A stretch of DNA of 64,000 nucleotides, from contig CAVYCT010000039.1 in NCBI GenBank assembly GCA_963766945.1, forward strand, positions 60,563 to 124,562, read 5' to 3'. The translations under genes were made by a program, and so were the position numbers. Below the pieces are notes generated by a model. It made no database searches. It was not told the origin of the DNA and saw nothing but the letters and a program-made list of their open reading frames with translations. Below are positions 44,578-55,734 of this stretch, one piece after another. Each line of letters begins with the position of its first letter. Positions within the stretch are counted from its first letter, which is position 1. This DNA is from an uncultured Actinomycetota bacterium. GTDB taxonomy: Bacteria; Actinomycetota; Actinomycetes; Mycobacteriales; Mycobacteriaceae.

Positions 44578-45510
44578 GCGCCGTCACCGTCGTCGATGAC
44601 GCGGATGATCGGCTTGCCGCGATTGCGACGAGCCGGGTCGAACGCCGCACGAGCGTCTTCCAGGGGGTATATCGCTCCGACGAGAGGACGCAGCCGGCCG
44701 TCCCTGAGCCTGCGCTCCAGCTCTGCGAGCCCCGCGCGATCGGGCTCGACGACGAAAAAGACGGCCCGCCCGTTGCCGGGCTGGGTTGGCGGTGGTTCAG
44801 CGATGCTGACAAGCGCAGCCGCCCGGAACGGACCAATGCCGCTGAGCGATGCAGGATTTCACCGCCGATCACGTCGAACACCACGTCCACTTCGCCGATG
44901 TCTTCCAGCCGGTCGCTGTTCAGGTCCACGAAGTCTTGCGCGCCCACGTCGAGCACGGTCTGGCGGTGCACGGTGCGGCCAGTGCCGATGACCCGCGCCC
45001 CGGCCTCGCGGGCCAGTTGTACCGCGAGCGAACCGACGCCGCCTGCAGCGCCGTGAATGAGGACCGTCTGCCCCGCCGTGAGTCGTCCGTGCGCGAAAAG
45101 CGCCTGCCACGCGGTCAGTCCGGAAATCGGCAGGGCCGTCGCCACGGTGTGGTCGATCCCGTCGGACAGCGGCGCAAGATTGCGCGCTTCCACCGCAACA
45201 AATTCGGCGAGCGTGCCGTTGCGGCACCAGTCGGTCAGCCCGAAGACCCTCTCGCCAACGGTCAGGCCGGTGGTGCCGTAACCCAGTTCGGCAACGACCC
45301 CGGAGACTTCGTGGCCGGGAATCGTCGGCGTCCGGTCGTTCCCCGCCCGGTCGGTCCAGGTGCCCGGCCAGTCGAGTTCGCCTGGGGTGAAGCCTGCCGC
45401 GTGCACCCGGACTATGACATCGTTCTCCGCAGCGTGCGGGTAAGGCATTTCGCGCTGCCTGCAAGCCCATCGATCCCGGCAGCACGGTCACGCGCGACGA
45501 TCGCCCGCAT
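44574..45510 (-). CDS. NADP-dependent MDR (quinone reductase-like) oxidoreductase, frameshifted
   Basis: PTIPGHEVSG, GLTAWQAL, IHGAAGGVG, DVVFDVIGG. Confidence 0.88.
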
Positions 45511-45515
45511 CGCCG

Positions 45516-45926
45516 TCAGTCGTTTCGTCGGCGGACGCTGGGATGGCGCAAGGCATCACGGGCTTCGATCTCCTGCGGCTCGAGCATGGTGATCATGTCG
45601 ACGCCGGGGGCGCAGATGCACACCGCAAGGAATCGGCTCCAGCCAGTGGCCTCCAAGTTCCTCATCTGATAGTGCACGACCTGGCCGCCCGGCTCCCAAA
45701 AGGCCTGTCCTGCAGCAAGTTCGACGGGTGCATCTCCCTCGATCTCGAAGAGAATTCGGCCCTCCAGTACGTAACCGAACACCGGTCCCGAATGGCGGTG
45801 TGGCTCTAGTCCGGCATCCGCGGGGGGAAGCTCGACAAGCTGTGTCATCGCGTGTGCACCGTCGGGAATCGCCGGCGGGGTGACGCACAACAGATCGGTG
45901 ATCTTGGTGTTTCCTGTGGCCAACAT
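45516..45926 (-). CDS. Cupin domain protein
   Basis: PHRHSGPVFGYVLEG, FWEPGGQVVH. Confidence 0.87.
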   Translation of the reverse strand: MLATGNTKITDLLCVTPPAIPDGAHAMTQLVELPPADAGLEPHRHSGPVFGYVLEGRILFEIEGDAPVELAAGQAFWEPGGQVVHYQMRNLEATGWSRFLAVCICAPGVDMITMLEPQEIEARDALRHPSVRRRND

Positions 45927-46006
45927 CCTTTCCACGCTAACCGCGTTATCACGCCGGTAATGGGCCACTTCGACGCGGGAAGAAGGGGCCAGTTGAGCCG
46001 ACCGCA

Positions 46007-47408
46007 TCACGGCAGCATCCGGATCAAGGCATCCAGAGCTGCTGACCATGCGCTCGGCGCGGGCGACGCAAACCCGATCACCAAACCGTCGCGCTCGCCG
46101 CCGATTTCGGGATGGCGATACAGGTCAAGGCCTTCCACGCCGAGCCCTCGCCACCCGGGTTGACGAGCCAACGCGCTCTCGCCGCCACCGGCGAGCTCGA
46201 TCATCACGTGCAGACCCGCGGGCATCCCGGCCACGGTGGTCTCCGGTGACGACCGCGTGACAGCGGCGACGAGTTCCTCGCGGCGGCGCCGGTACTGGGC
46301 GCGCATCGTGCGAATGTGTCTGTCATAGGAACCGGATCCGAATGAACTCGGCCATCGCCAACTGGTCGACGAAGCCGGAGGTCTCCTCGGTTTCCCCCTT
46401 CTGCCGGACCACCGCTTCGACGAGTCGCTCCGGCACCACCAGCCAGCCGAGCCGAAGCCCCGGCGCCAGCGACTTGCTCACCGTGCCCATGTAGATGACG
46501 CGTTCAGGGTCGATGCCGTGCAGTGTGCCAACGGCGCTGCGGTCGTAGCGGAACTCGCCGTCGTAGTCGTCCTCGATGATCACTCCACCGGTTCGGAGCG
46601 CCCAATCGATGACCGCTGCGCGGTGGTCGGAATGTAAAGACACGCCGAGCGGGAACTGGTTCGACGGCGTGAGCAGCACACCGCCCACGTGTGCCATATC
46701 TTCGAGCGCCATGACGTCAGCCCCACGGGAGTCCACTGTCAAAGGGGGACAACGCAACCCCGCTCTGTTGAGCGACGCCCGCTGTGAGGGTAGTCCGAAC
46801 GCCTCGACGGCGACGGCGGCGACCCCGGCGTCCGCCAGGGCGCCGGCGATGAGGTTCAGCCCTTCAGCGGCCCCGGAGCACACGACGATGTCGCAGGGCC
46901 GGGCCCGAACTCCCCGAGTCCGGGCGAGATACTGGGCAAGGGCGTGGCGAAGCTCCGGTCTGCCGTGCGGGTCGGCGTATCCGAACGCCTCGAACGGTGC
47001 CATGTCCAAGGCACGCTTGACCGCGCGGCTCCACTCGGCCCGTGGAAACGAGGACAGGTCCGGATGACCGGGCCGTAGGTCATGGTCCAGTCGGCGCGGC
47101 GCCCGTCGGTCATGCGGTCCCGTGGCGACAGACCGGATCACCTCGGCCGCACGCTGGGAAACCAATGTGCCCGAACCGTGTTGTGATATCAGCCAGCCCT
47201 CGGCGATGAGGTCGGCATAGGCACGCGCCACAGTGTTTCTGGCGATGCCGAGGTCGGCGGACAGCGCGCGGCTGGACGGCAACCGAGCGCCCGGCGCCAA
47301 TCGCCCCGCATAAATCGCGTCCCGAATGGCGTCGACCACACTGTCACGCACCCTGCCGCCGGGGCGTTCCAGAAGTAGATCCAGCCCGGCGACCGGGCCT
47401 TCGTCCAT
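46007..47408 (-). CDS. MocR/GntR family PLP-dependent transcriptional regulator, one frameshift
   Basis: LPSSRALSADLGIARNTV wHTH, TPSNQFPLG, IEDDYDGEFRY, SKSLAPGLRLGW, AGLHV. Confidence 0.92.
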
Positions 47409-47475
47409 GGCGTCACCTCTCCAAAGAAAGCAATACTAGGAAAACGTGCAACCGTGTTCGTCGCCTTCCACGGCT

Positions 47476-48981
47476 TCACGCCGCCGGGTCGAGGCCGAAG
47501 ACCTGCACAGCGTCTGACTTTCCCTTCAGAGCGAAAGATCCCCGGTCGATGAGCTCCGGGTGGTCGAACACCAAGGGCGTCGACACACTGCTGGGTGAGC
47601 AGGATGGCGTCACCGGTGGCCTTGGTGAGCTGCTCGACGCGGGCGGCGACGTTGACGGTGTCGCCGATCAAGGTGAACTCCAGCTTGCTTCCCCCGCCGA
47701 TCGTGCCGGCGATCACCACACCGGTGTTGATCCCGATACCGACGCGCAGCGCGCCGCCGAATCGCTCGGCGACCAGGCCCTGAATCAGCATCGCGGCGTT
47801 CACTGCGGCATCGGCATGGTCTGCGAGGTCGTTCGGGGCGCTGAAGACGGCCAATGCGCCGTCTCCGAGAAACTTGTTGACATGCCCACCGGCGTCGACG
47901 ACGGCGGGAACGACGATCTCGAACAACACGTTGAGCCGCGCGACGGTGTCCTCGGCGGTGTTGGCCTCGGCGAAGGGCGTGAAGTCGCGGATGTCGACGA
48001 ACATCACCGTCACCTCGCGACGCTCACCTCTGAACACGTCGTCACCCTGTTCAAGTAGCCGTGCCGCAAGGACTGGGTCGACGTAGGTCCCGAACGCCGC
48101 CTGAAGTCGTTGCCGCTCAGCCAAACCCGCCTGCATCCGGTTGAACGACGCCGCCAACGCACCGAGGTCGTCGTCTTGAACCACCGGCAGGCGCTGGCTG
48201 TAATCGCCTGCCGCCACACGTTCGGTCCCCTCGGCGAGATCGCGAATGGGTCGCAGGGACGGCGAGAAATTGAGACCGATGGTCAAAGGCATTGCGAAGA
48301 AAAACGTCAATGCACAGCCGATCACCACCCACAGCACGGGACTATCGCTTCGCCGCTCGAAGATCGCCGTCAACATCGCACTCGAGACGGCGAACGAGAA
48401 TGCCACAGCGATTACAGACACGCTCGTCCACGCGGCGAAAGTCGGACGAGACCGCGGAAGGGAGTCACCGATCCCCGTGTCACCGACCAGTGCAACCCTG
48501 ACCGGCCGCAACATCCCTTCGACGAGGCTGTGCACACCGATCAGCCACGTCCCGGCTCCGAGGGCGGCGCCCAGGACACCGTACTCGGCGAGTCGCGACC
48601 CATTCGCCCCGGCGATCGCACCGACAATCATTAGCAACAGAGCGGTCCAGACAGCGCCGACTACCACCCACCGGGCAACCGCCCGCCGGGCATAGGTGTA
48701 GGTGGCGGCCAGCGCTTCCGCCCGATCGACCTCGTGGCCGGCGGCCCACCGCTCCGCAAGGCTCCAGCGCAGGCCGGGAAGAACCAGCAGGTAGACCCCC
48801 ACCAGCACGGCGACAACGGTGATAGCGGCGGCCCAGACGTAGTGACCGGACTCTTCGTAAGCAACGACGACAAACGACGAAACGAGGTAGATCTGCAGCA
48901 CCAACAGTGACGCGATGCCGAAGACCGCCCACGAGTACCCGCTGCGTACCGATCCCACGCCCACTGCCAGATGCGGTCCAT
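47476..48981 (-). CDS. Membrane class III adenylate/guanylate cyclase with HAMP domain, frameshifted at both ends
   Basis: MDRIWQWAWDRY, TM helices, HAMP, VMFVDIRDFT, NKFLGDG, IGDTVNVAARVE, LKGK. Confidence 0.9.
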
Positions 48982-49113
48982 GCCGCGACACTAAACGTCA
49001 GCGGCCCGGCGCCCTGTGATCCTGCTGCATTAACGATTAATGGCGGCTAACCGCAATGCGGGTGCTGCGCGCCGTAGCGATCGTGGAGATCAGGGGCAAC
49101 ACCAAGGATTACC

Positions 49114-50055
49114 ATGCCGCGAACCGATCACGACACCTGGGAGATAACGCAAAGTGTGGGCGCCACCGCACTCCTCGTGGCGGCCGCGCGTGCGGCCGAG
49201 ACCGAGAGCGAACACCCCCTCTTTCACGACCCCTTCGCGCGGATTTTTCTCGACGCGGCAGGTCCGGGGATCTGGAATATGGTCGACAGATCCGGATTAC
49301 CCGCCGAGCTCGCCAATCTCGACCCCAACCTGCCTGCGAGGATGCGAGCGCTGGGCGACTGGTTCGCCTGCCGCACGGCATCCATCGATGAATTCTTCCG
49401 TGCCGCAACCGATGCCGCGGTGCGACAGGTTGTCATCTTGGCTGCCGGCCTGGACGCCCGCGCGTGGCGGCTACCCTGGCCCGCAGGCACCCGCGTGTAC
49501 GAATTGGACCTATCCAAGGTGCTGGAATTCAAATCGTCGGCCATGCGCGCGCACGGTGCACTGCCGACATCCGAGCGGATCGAGGTTCCGGTCGACCTGC
49601 GCGACGATTGGCCAGCCGCGCTGCGACAGGCGGGATTCGACGCGGGGACACCCACGGCCTGGTCAGTCGAGGGGCTGTTGCGGTATCTCCCGGCCCTGGC
49701 ACAAGATCTGCTCCTCGAGCGCATTCAGGCACTCAGCTGCGTGGGCAGTCGGATTGCCGTAAACGCGCCGACAAGCGACGTCCTCGATCCCGATCGCCTG
49801 AAGCGCGACCGTGACCAGGCAAAGCGCATTCAGGCCTTGGCGTCCAGGCTGGGCAACACCGACACGCCCGATTTGCACGAGCTGTGGTACGCCGAGGAGC
49901 GCGCGGACGTCGGGCAGTGGCTGGAGGAACACGGGTGGCGAGCGTCGGTGACGAACTCGGATGAACTGATGGCGGCGCATGGCCGCGGCACCACGGTCAA
50001 CGACAACGACACGCCGCCACCGAACGTTTTCATCTCGGCAGAACGCGTGCGATAG
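49114..50055 (+). CDS. SAM-dependent methyltransferase, mycobacterial ML2640/TIGR00027-like family
   Basis: MPRTDHDTWEITQSVGATAL, QVVILAAGLDARAWRL, VDLRDDW, EGLLRYL. Confidence 0.92.
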   Translation: MPRTDHDTWEITQSVGATALLVAAARAAETESEHPLFHDPFARIFLDAAGPGIWNMVDRSGLPAELANLDPNLPARMRALGDWFACRTASIDEFFRAATDAAVRQVVILAAGLDARAWRLPWPAGTRVYELDLSKVLEFKSSAMRAHGALPTSERIEVPVDLRDDWPAALRQAGFDAGTPTAWSVEGLLRYLPALAQDLLLERIQALSCVGSRIAVNAPTSDVLDPDRLKRDRDQAKRIQALASRLGNTDTPDLHELWYAEERADVGQWLEEHGWRASVTNSDELMAAHGRGTTVNDNDTPPPNVFISAERVR

Positions 50056-50100
50056 CGCTCAACTGACATGGTCGTGGCCAAGGGGTGCGATGGCACAGGG

Positions 50101-51339
50101 TCAGGACGGCTCCGAGCCGATCTTGGCTACGTCGACGCGCTGTTTGTTGGCCAGCCAATTGATGCCTGGCCACACGGTGAGGCTGTGCACGACAAGACTC
50201 AACGAGACCGTGATTCCGACTACTTGCGTGATGAAGGACTCGAGGTCGGGCTCACTGTGTTCGATCATCAACAGGCCCAGGACGATGGTGCCGAGGCCGC
50301 GCGGGCCAAACCAGCCGATGAACAGCCGTTCTTTTGCCGGCAACTCGGTTCGAATCAGTGCGACCGACACGGCAATGAGACGCACCGCAAACACCGCGAT
50401 AATCGCGAAGACCGCCACCCGCCATTCGACGTCGCGCCAAGCCGCGACTACTGCGTAGGCGCCGAACATCGCGAAAATCACCAGCTCCAGCAGATGAGCG
50501 GCGGCATCTGAAACATGCGATTCGGGGCGATTCCCTGACCGTTCGGCCACGAAGGCGAACGCGAGGCCGCCAGCGAAGGCAGCGACCAGCCCGCTGCCGT
50601 CCAACAGCCCACCGACCTCGAAACAGAGCAATGCGCCCATCATCATCGACAGTTGAGCCCACGTGTCGCTCATCCAGCCGCGACGACGTGACCACGTGAT
50701 CACCACGCCCCCAACAGCGCCCAGGATCAGCCCCGCAGCCGCCGACATCACTTCGGTACGGACCAGGTACCACGCCAAATCATCCAATCCCCCATGGGCG
50801 GACGTTTCCTGTTCCCGCACCACCGCCAATGCGAGGACCATGGTGGTCAGCGCGAATCCGTCGTAGAAGCCGCTCTCGGTGGACAAGGCATGTCGTACGG
50901 GCTCAGGTATGCGGCGGTCCTCGAGGAGTGCGGAGATGAGCGCCACCTCCGCCGGCGCCACGATCGTCCCAAAAGCGATCGCCCCCCCGAACGACATGAA
51001 GGGCATCAGGAGCGTGGCGGTGAGGACGCCCAGCCCGAGTGACAGAGGTATGCCGACCACCAGCAGCCGGAAAGTGATGCCGCGGCGTCGCACTACTGCC
51101 GATAGGTCGAGAGCGGCCGCTTGGTTGAACAGGATCAACGTCAGCGCCAGCTCGGCGACGAGCAGGTAGTTGCCGACGTCGTGGCCGACGTCGATCGCAC
51201 CGACGCCGAACGGCCCCAGGGCCATTCCGCACAGCGTGAATATCAAAGCGGGCGCCACGTACCACCGTTTGACCAAGGCCGAAATCACCGCGTAACACAA
51301 CACCATGACGGTCAGGGTGAACACGGTGGCGTTAATCAT
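50101..51339 (-). CDS. Cation:proton antiporter (CPA1/NhaP-like)
   Basis: About 12 TM helices, LSTESGFYDG, IGWFGPRGL. Confidence 0.87.
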   Translation of the reverse strand: MINATVFTLTVMVLCYAVISALVKRWYVAPALIFTLCGMALGPFGVGAIDVGHDVGNYLLVAELALTLILFNQAAALDLSAVVRRRGITFRLLVVGIPLSLGLGVLTATLLMPFMSFGGAIAFGTIVAPAEVALISALLEDRRIPEPVRHALSTESGFYDGFALTTMVLALAVVREQETSAHGGLDDLAWYLVRTEVMSAAAGLILGAVGGVVITWSRRRGWMSDTWAQLSMMMGALLCFEVGGLLDGSGLVAAFAGGLAFAFVAERSGNRPESHVSDAAAHLLELVIFAMFGAYAVVAAWRDVEWRVAVFAIIAVFAVRLIAVSVALIRTELPAKERLFIGWFGPRGLGTIVLGLLMIEHSEPDLESFITQVVGITVSLSLVVHSLTVWPGINWLANKQRVDVAKIGSEPS

Positions 51340-51617
51340 CTGTGGTCCTCATGCCCCGTTGGGGCATGACGCGAGGGCCGTCCGGACGTATCGGTGAATC
51401 TCGTTGGCGGGCTGGCCGTTTCGCCTCGGCTCAGGCATTGTCGTGCGTTCACCAAGGCAGTCCAACTCTCGCCGTGCCGCATACGTAACCGCGTGCCGCC
51501 GACCCACCAAACCGATCGAGAATCCGAAAATCTCGTAGGACATGACCGCGCATATGCCTATCCTTTCGCAAGGGACGGCAGGCAGCAGCTGCTTTCGGGT
51601 TAACGGTTGGAGAGCGT

Positions 51618-52481
51618 GTGCCAGAGGATCCGAAGCCACCACGCGCACCATCCGCCACCGATGATCGCGACCGAAGACAGGTCGCAGGCATTGGCGGTTC
51701 GAGTCCGTTGGGTGACCGACGAGCCGACGAATCATCGAGTTCCCGATCGATGTGGCCACTGCTGGCATCCACGCCGCTGGTCCTCCTCGTTACCTATTAC
51801 GTGTCCTTCATGACTCACGAATACGGCCACTCTTTCGCCGCGTGGATCCTGGGCATCAAACCGAGCCCCTGGCCAATCCACTGGGGCAGCAACAGCATTC
51901 GCAACATCTTGTTCCTTGACGAAGTGGACGAACACGTCGACTACGTCACTGCGATGGCATCCGGTAAGAATCTGGCAGTCGCCGTGGTCGCAGTTTCCGG
52001 TATCGCAGTCAATGCTCTGCTGTACCTCGTCTTTCGTTTCGCCGCGCCTCTGTGGCGCACAAGTACGCACCGGCTCGTCGCTTACTCGACGTTTTGGTTG
52101 GTGTGCATGGAGGTCGGCAATTTCTACTGTTACGTCCCGATCCGAGTCGCCTCGCCGAGTGGCGACATGCACAACTGGACCGTGGGATCACACCAGTCGT
52201 GGTGGTGGCTGTACGTGATCATCGGATACCTGACGTTATGGGCGATGGTCGACTTCTACCGAACCGTGCTGCCGGCGTCGCTCGATGCCGGCGGCATCGG
52301 CACCCGCGTCGGCCGGGCGCTGGTGCTGGTGCTGGCCACTCTCCTGCTCTTCGGCTACTTCGCGCTACCCGGTCTGATGAAGGACGATGACCTCACACAA
52401 TTCATATCCCGAACATCGCTGCTGCTCATTCCCGTCGTCCTGTTGGCGAGCTGGCGGCGGGTTGTGAGGCCTGCACAGTGA
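51618..52481 (+). CDS. Membrane protein with HExxH motif (M50 peptidase-like); start uncertain
   Basis: THEYGH in a TM helix, VAVSGIAVN, GNFYCYVP...GD. Confidence 0.6.
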   Translation: MPEDPKPPRAPSATDDRDRRQVAGIGGSSPLGDRRADESSSSRSMWPLLASTPLVLLVTYYVSFMTHEYGHSFAAWILGIKPSPWPIHWGSNSIRNILFLDEVDEHVDYVTAMASGKNLAVAVVAVSGIAVNALLYLVFRFAAPLWRTSTHRLVAYSTFWLVCMEVGNFYCYVPIRVASPSGDMHNWTVGSHQSWWWLYVIIGYLTLWAMVDFYRTVLPASLDAGGIGTRVGRALVLVLATLLLFGYFALPGLMKDDDLTQFISRTSLLLIPVVLLASWRRVVRPAQ

Positions 52482-52490
52482 ATAGACGAA

Positions 52491-52519
52491 AGCACCCCCG
52501 GCGGAAAGCCGGGGGTGCT
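52491..52519. terminator. Hairpin terminator after groEL1, between convergent genes
   Basis: AGCACCCCCGGC-GGAAA-GCCGGGGGTGCT with a T tract on the minus strand. Confidence 0.8.
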
Positions 52520-52532
52520 GTTCGCCTTGCTT

Positions 52533-54152
52533 CTAGTGCGCGTGGCCGTGATGGCCGTGGCCGTGGTCTTCTTCGTCGGCCGGCTTGTCGACGATCGCGG
52601 TCTCGGTCGTGAGAATCATCCGAGCGACCGATGCCGCGTTCAGCACCGCCGAGCGGGTGACCTTGACCGGGTCGACGATGCCGTCGGCCGCCAGGTCGCC
52701 GTAGTCCAGCGTGGCGGCGTTGAAACCCTGCCCTTCGGGCAGTTCGGCAACCTTGTTCACCACTACCGAGCCGTCCAGCCCGGCGTTGGCGGCGATCCAG
52801 TACAGCGGTGCCGACAGCGCCGAGGCGAATACGTCGGCGCCGATCCGCTCATCACCACTCAGACCGTCGCGCAGCTTGTCGACGGCCGCGCGGGCACGCA
52901 CCAGCGCCGATCCGCCGCCGGTGATGATGCCTTCCTCGACAGCCGCCTTGGCCGCCGCGACCGCATCCTCGACGGCCTCCTTGCGCTTCTTGAGGTCCGT
53001 CTCGGTGGCCGCGCCGACCTTGATGACGGCAACGCCGCCGGACAGCTTGGCGAGCCGCTCCTCGAGCTTCTCGCGGTCCCAGTCCGAATCGGAGGCTTCG
53101 ATCTCCGCACGCAACTGGGCCGTGCGCGCCTCGATGGCGTCCTTGGTACCGCCACCGTCGACGATGACGGTGCTGTCCTTGTTCACCACGACGCGACGGG
53201 CCGAGCCGAGCACGTCGAGGCCGACCTCGCGCAGCAGCAACCCGACGTCGGGGTTGACGACCTGGCCGCCGGTCACCACCGCGAGGTCGTCGAGGAACGC
53301 CTTGCGGCGGTCACCGAAGAACGGCGCCTTGACCGCGACGGCCTTGAGCGTCTTGCGGATCGCGTTGACCACCAGTGTCGAAAGCGCTTCGCCCTCAACG
53401 TCTTCGGCGACGATCAGCAGCGGCTTGCCCCCCTCGGCGACCTTCTCCAGCAGTGGCAGCAGGTCGGGAAGCGAGCTGATCTTCTCGCGGTGCAGCAGCA
53501 CCACCGCGTCTTCGAGCACCGCTTCCTGGGCGTCGAAGTCGGTGATGAAGTACGCGGAGATGAAGCCCTTGTCGAAGCCGACGCCCTCGGTGATCTCCAG
53601 CTCGGTGTTGAGCGTGGAGGACTCCTCGACGGACACGACGCCGTCGTGGCCCACCTTGGTCATCGCCTCGCCGACCAGCTCGCCGATTTCCTCGTCGCGC
53701 GAGGACACGGTGGCGACCTGCGCGATGCCCTTCTTGTCGGACACCGGCGTGGCCGAGGCCAGAAGCGCCTCCGACACCGCGTCGGCGGCCTTGCCGATGC
53801 CCAGACCCAACGCGATGGGGTTGGCGCCCGCGGCGACGTTGCGCAGCCCGGCCTTGATGATCGCCTGCGCCAGCACGGTCGCGGTGGTGGTGCCGTCGCC
53901 CGCGACATCGTTGGTCTTGGTCGCGACGGACTTGACCAGCTGGGCGCCCAGGTTCTCGAACGGGTCTTCCAGGTCGATCTCGCGGGCGATGGTGACACCG
54001 TCATTGGTCACGACCGGGCCGCCGTAGGCCTTGGCGAGCACCACGTGCCTGCCGCGCGGGCCGAGCGTGATGCGTACCGCGTCGGCGAGCTTGTCGACGC
54101 CCGCTTCCATCGCCCGGCGCGCAGTCTCGTTGAACTCAATCTGCTTGCTCAT
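52533..54152 (-). CDS. groEL1: Chaperonin GroEL1
   Basis: [22 protein letters not shown], His-rich tail [11 protein letters not shown]; in operon with groES. Confidence 0.98.
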   Translation of the reverse strand: MSKQIEFNETARRAMEAGVDKLADAVRITLGPRGRHVVLAKAYGGPVVTNDGVTIAREIDLEDPFENLGAQLVKSVATKTNDVAGDGTTTATVLAQAIIKAGLRNVAAGANPIALGLGIGKAADAVSEALLASATPVSDKKGIAQVATVSSRDEEIGELVGEAMTKVGHDGVVSVEESSTLNTELEITEGVGFDKGFISAYFITDFDAQEAVLEDAVVLLHREKISSLPDLLPLLEKVAEGGKPLLIVAEDVEGEALSTLVVNAIRKTLKAVAVKAPFFGDRRKAFLDDLAVVTGGQVVNPDVGLLLREVGLDVLGSARRVVVNKDSTVIVDGGGTKDAIEARTAQLRAEIEASDSDWDREKLEERLAKLSGGVAVIKVGAATETDLKKRKEAVEDAVAAAKAAVEEGIITGGGSALVRARAAVDKLRDGLSGDERIGADVFASALSAPLYWIAANAGLDGSVVVNKVAELPEGQGFNAATLDYGDLAADGIVDPVKVTRSAVLNAASVARMILTTETAIVDKPADEEDHGHGHHGHAH

Positions 54153-54242
54153 GAATGTGCTTTCTGACTAAAAGGCGGATATACGCATGCCGCCCCGGAC
54201 ATCACCCGTGGAAACGGGGATCTCCGGGGCGGACACGGGCGC

Positions 54243-54545
54243 TTACTTGTTGACGACAGCCAGCACGTCGCGGGCCGACAGGATCAGGTACTCCTCGCCG
54301 TTGTACTTGATCTCGGTGCCGCCGTACTTGCTGTAGATCACGACGTCACCCTCGGACACGTCCAGGGGGATCCGCTTCTCGCCATCCTCATCCCAGCGGC
54401 CGGGGCCGACTGCGACGACGGTGCCTTCTTGCGGCTTCTCCTTGGCGGTGTCGGGGATGACCAGACCGGACGCGGTCGTGGTCTCGGCCTCGTTGGCCTG
54501 AACGAGGATCTTGTCCTCGAGTGGCTTGATGTTCACGCTCGCCAC
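54243..54545 (-). CDS. groES: Co-chaperonin GroES
   Basis: [31 protein letters not shown]. Confidence 0.98.
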   Translation of the reverse strand: MASVNIKPLEDKILVQANEAETTTASGLVIPDTAKEKPQEGTVVAVGPGRWDEDGEKRIPLDVSEGDVVIYSKYGGTEIKYNGEEYLILSARDVLAVVNK

Positions 54546-54683
54546 GATGGAGCCCTCCACTGTTTCGGGTTGTAGGTCCGGAGCCTCCGGATCTAGAAAT
54601 TGCATTACCAGGTGTTCGGCTGGCGTCCGTGCCCTCGAACCGTCGTCGCGGGTGCCGGCGCAGGGGGTTGGGCCGCCTGCCAC

Positions 54684-54710
54684 CTAGCACTCTATACATG
54701 AGAGTGCTAG
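54684..54710. promoter_or_regulatory. CIRCE element (HrcA operator)
   Basis: CTAGCACTC-N9-GAGTGCTAG upstream of groES. Confidence 0.92.
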
Positions 54711-55721
54711 CACTCAAGGTCGGGCCTCGTGCCTATCGCTGCGTGGCGAACGCGCAGGTCGCCGAAGAACGCGATCACCAGCGGATTGAACAGGTCAGCG
54801 CGCTCCCATTGCAGGAAGTGGCCGGCCCCCGGCAACACGACCGGGCCGGCGCGGTTGGTGAAGGCCACCTCGCAGGTGTGCAGGAAGTCGGGGCCGACCA
54901 CCTGGTCGTCCATCCCGTAGAGGAGCAACGTCGGAACGTCGACCTTGCGGTCCAGGATCGGCGGCTCGCTCATCTTCCGGCCGTGCATGAGCTGATAGCA
55001 CGCCCAGCCGCCACGCAACCGCTCTTCGGTGGAGAACGGTTCGGCCATGAACCGCGTCGGCCGCGGTGAACGTGCCCGGCGACGCCCACAACCGGTGCCG
55101 TAGAACTCGGAGATGTAGCGGCGGCGTTGACAGGCGTGTCGAGTCTGCCGCGAGCTCGTCGGGTGTCACGCCCTGCCGGTAGCGGTAGTCGGCCGTCGGC
55201 CCGTCGCCGATCCGCGGATCGACGCGACGTCGATGCCGGCCGCCGCGTACTCCTTGAACAGGAAGGGCGGCACGGAATCGAAGAACACCAGCTTCTCCAC
55301 GAACCCGGGTAGCGGTGGAGAAGATCGCAGGCGATAGCGCCGCCTAGTCGCCGCCGACACTGCCGCACCGCTGTGGCCGAGCACATCGTGGACGAGCAGG
55401 TACAGGTCGCGGCTCCAGGCCGCGAGGTCGTATACGTCCTCCTTCGACACGTCCGAGTCTCCGTAGCCGCGCAGATCGGGGGCGATCACTTCATAAGCCC
55501 GCCTCGGCAGCGCGCCGATGTTGCGCCACCAGATGCGCTTGGTCTCGGGGTAGCCGTGCAGCAGAGTAACGGATACCCGCCGGACCTTCGTGCACGAATG
55601 CGAGCGACAACCCGTCGCGACCCTCGTCGGTGGACCTCCGGCGGTGGACCGTGAACGCGTCCGGGGCGGGTGCAATGGGTTGCGGGGGCCGCAGGCGCAG
55701 GTCGTAGTGCACGGCAGCCAT
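54707..55721 (-). CDS. Alpha/beta hydrolase (epoxide hydrolase-like), heavily frameshifted; 3' end uncertain
   Basis: LLHGYPETKRIW, APDLRGYGDS, VPTLLLYGMDD, AGHFLQWE. Confidence 0.78.
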
Positions 55722-55734
55722 CCTGCCGCACCGA

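Noticed and set aside
52515-54167. Long antisense ORFs (also 261-2183, 15469-17445, 19475-21100, 24516-26330)
   Set aside because: Shadow frames of high-GC genes with no recognisable motifs
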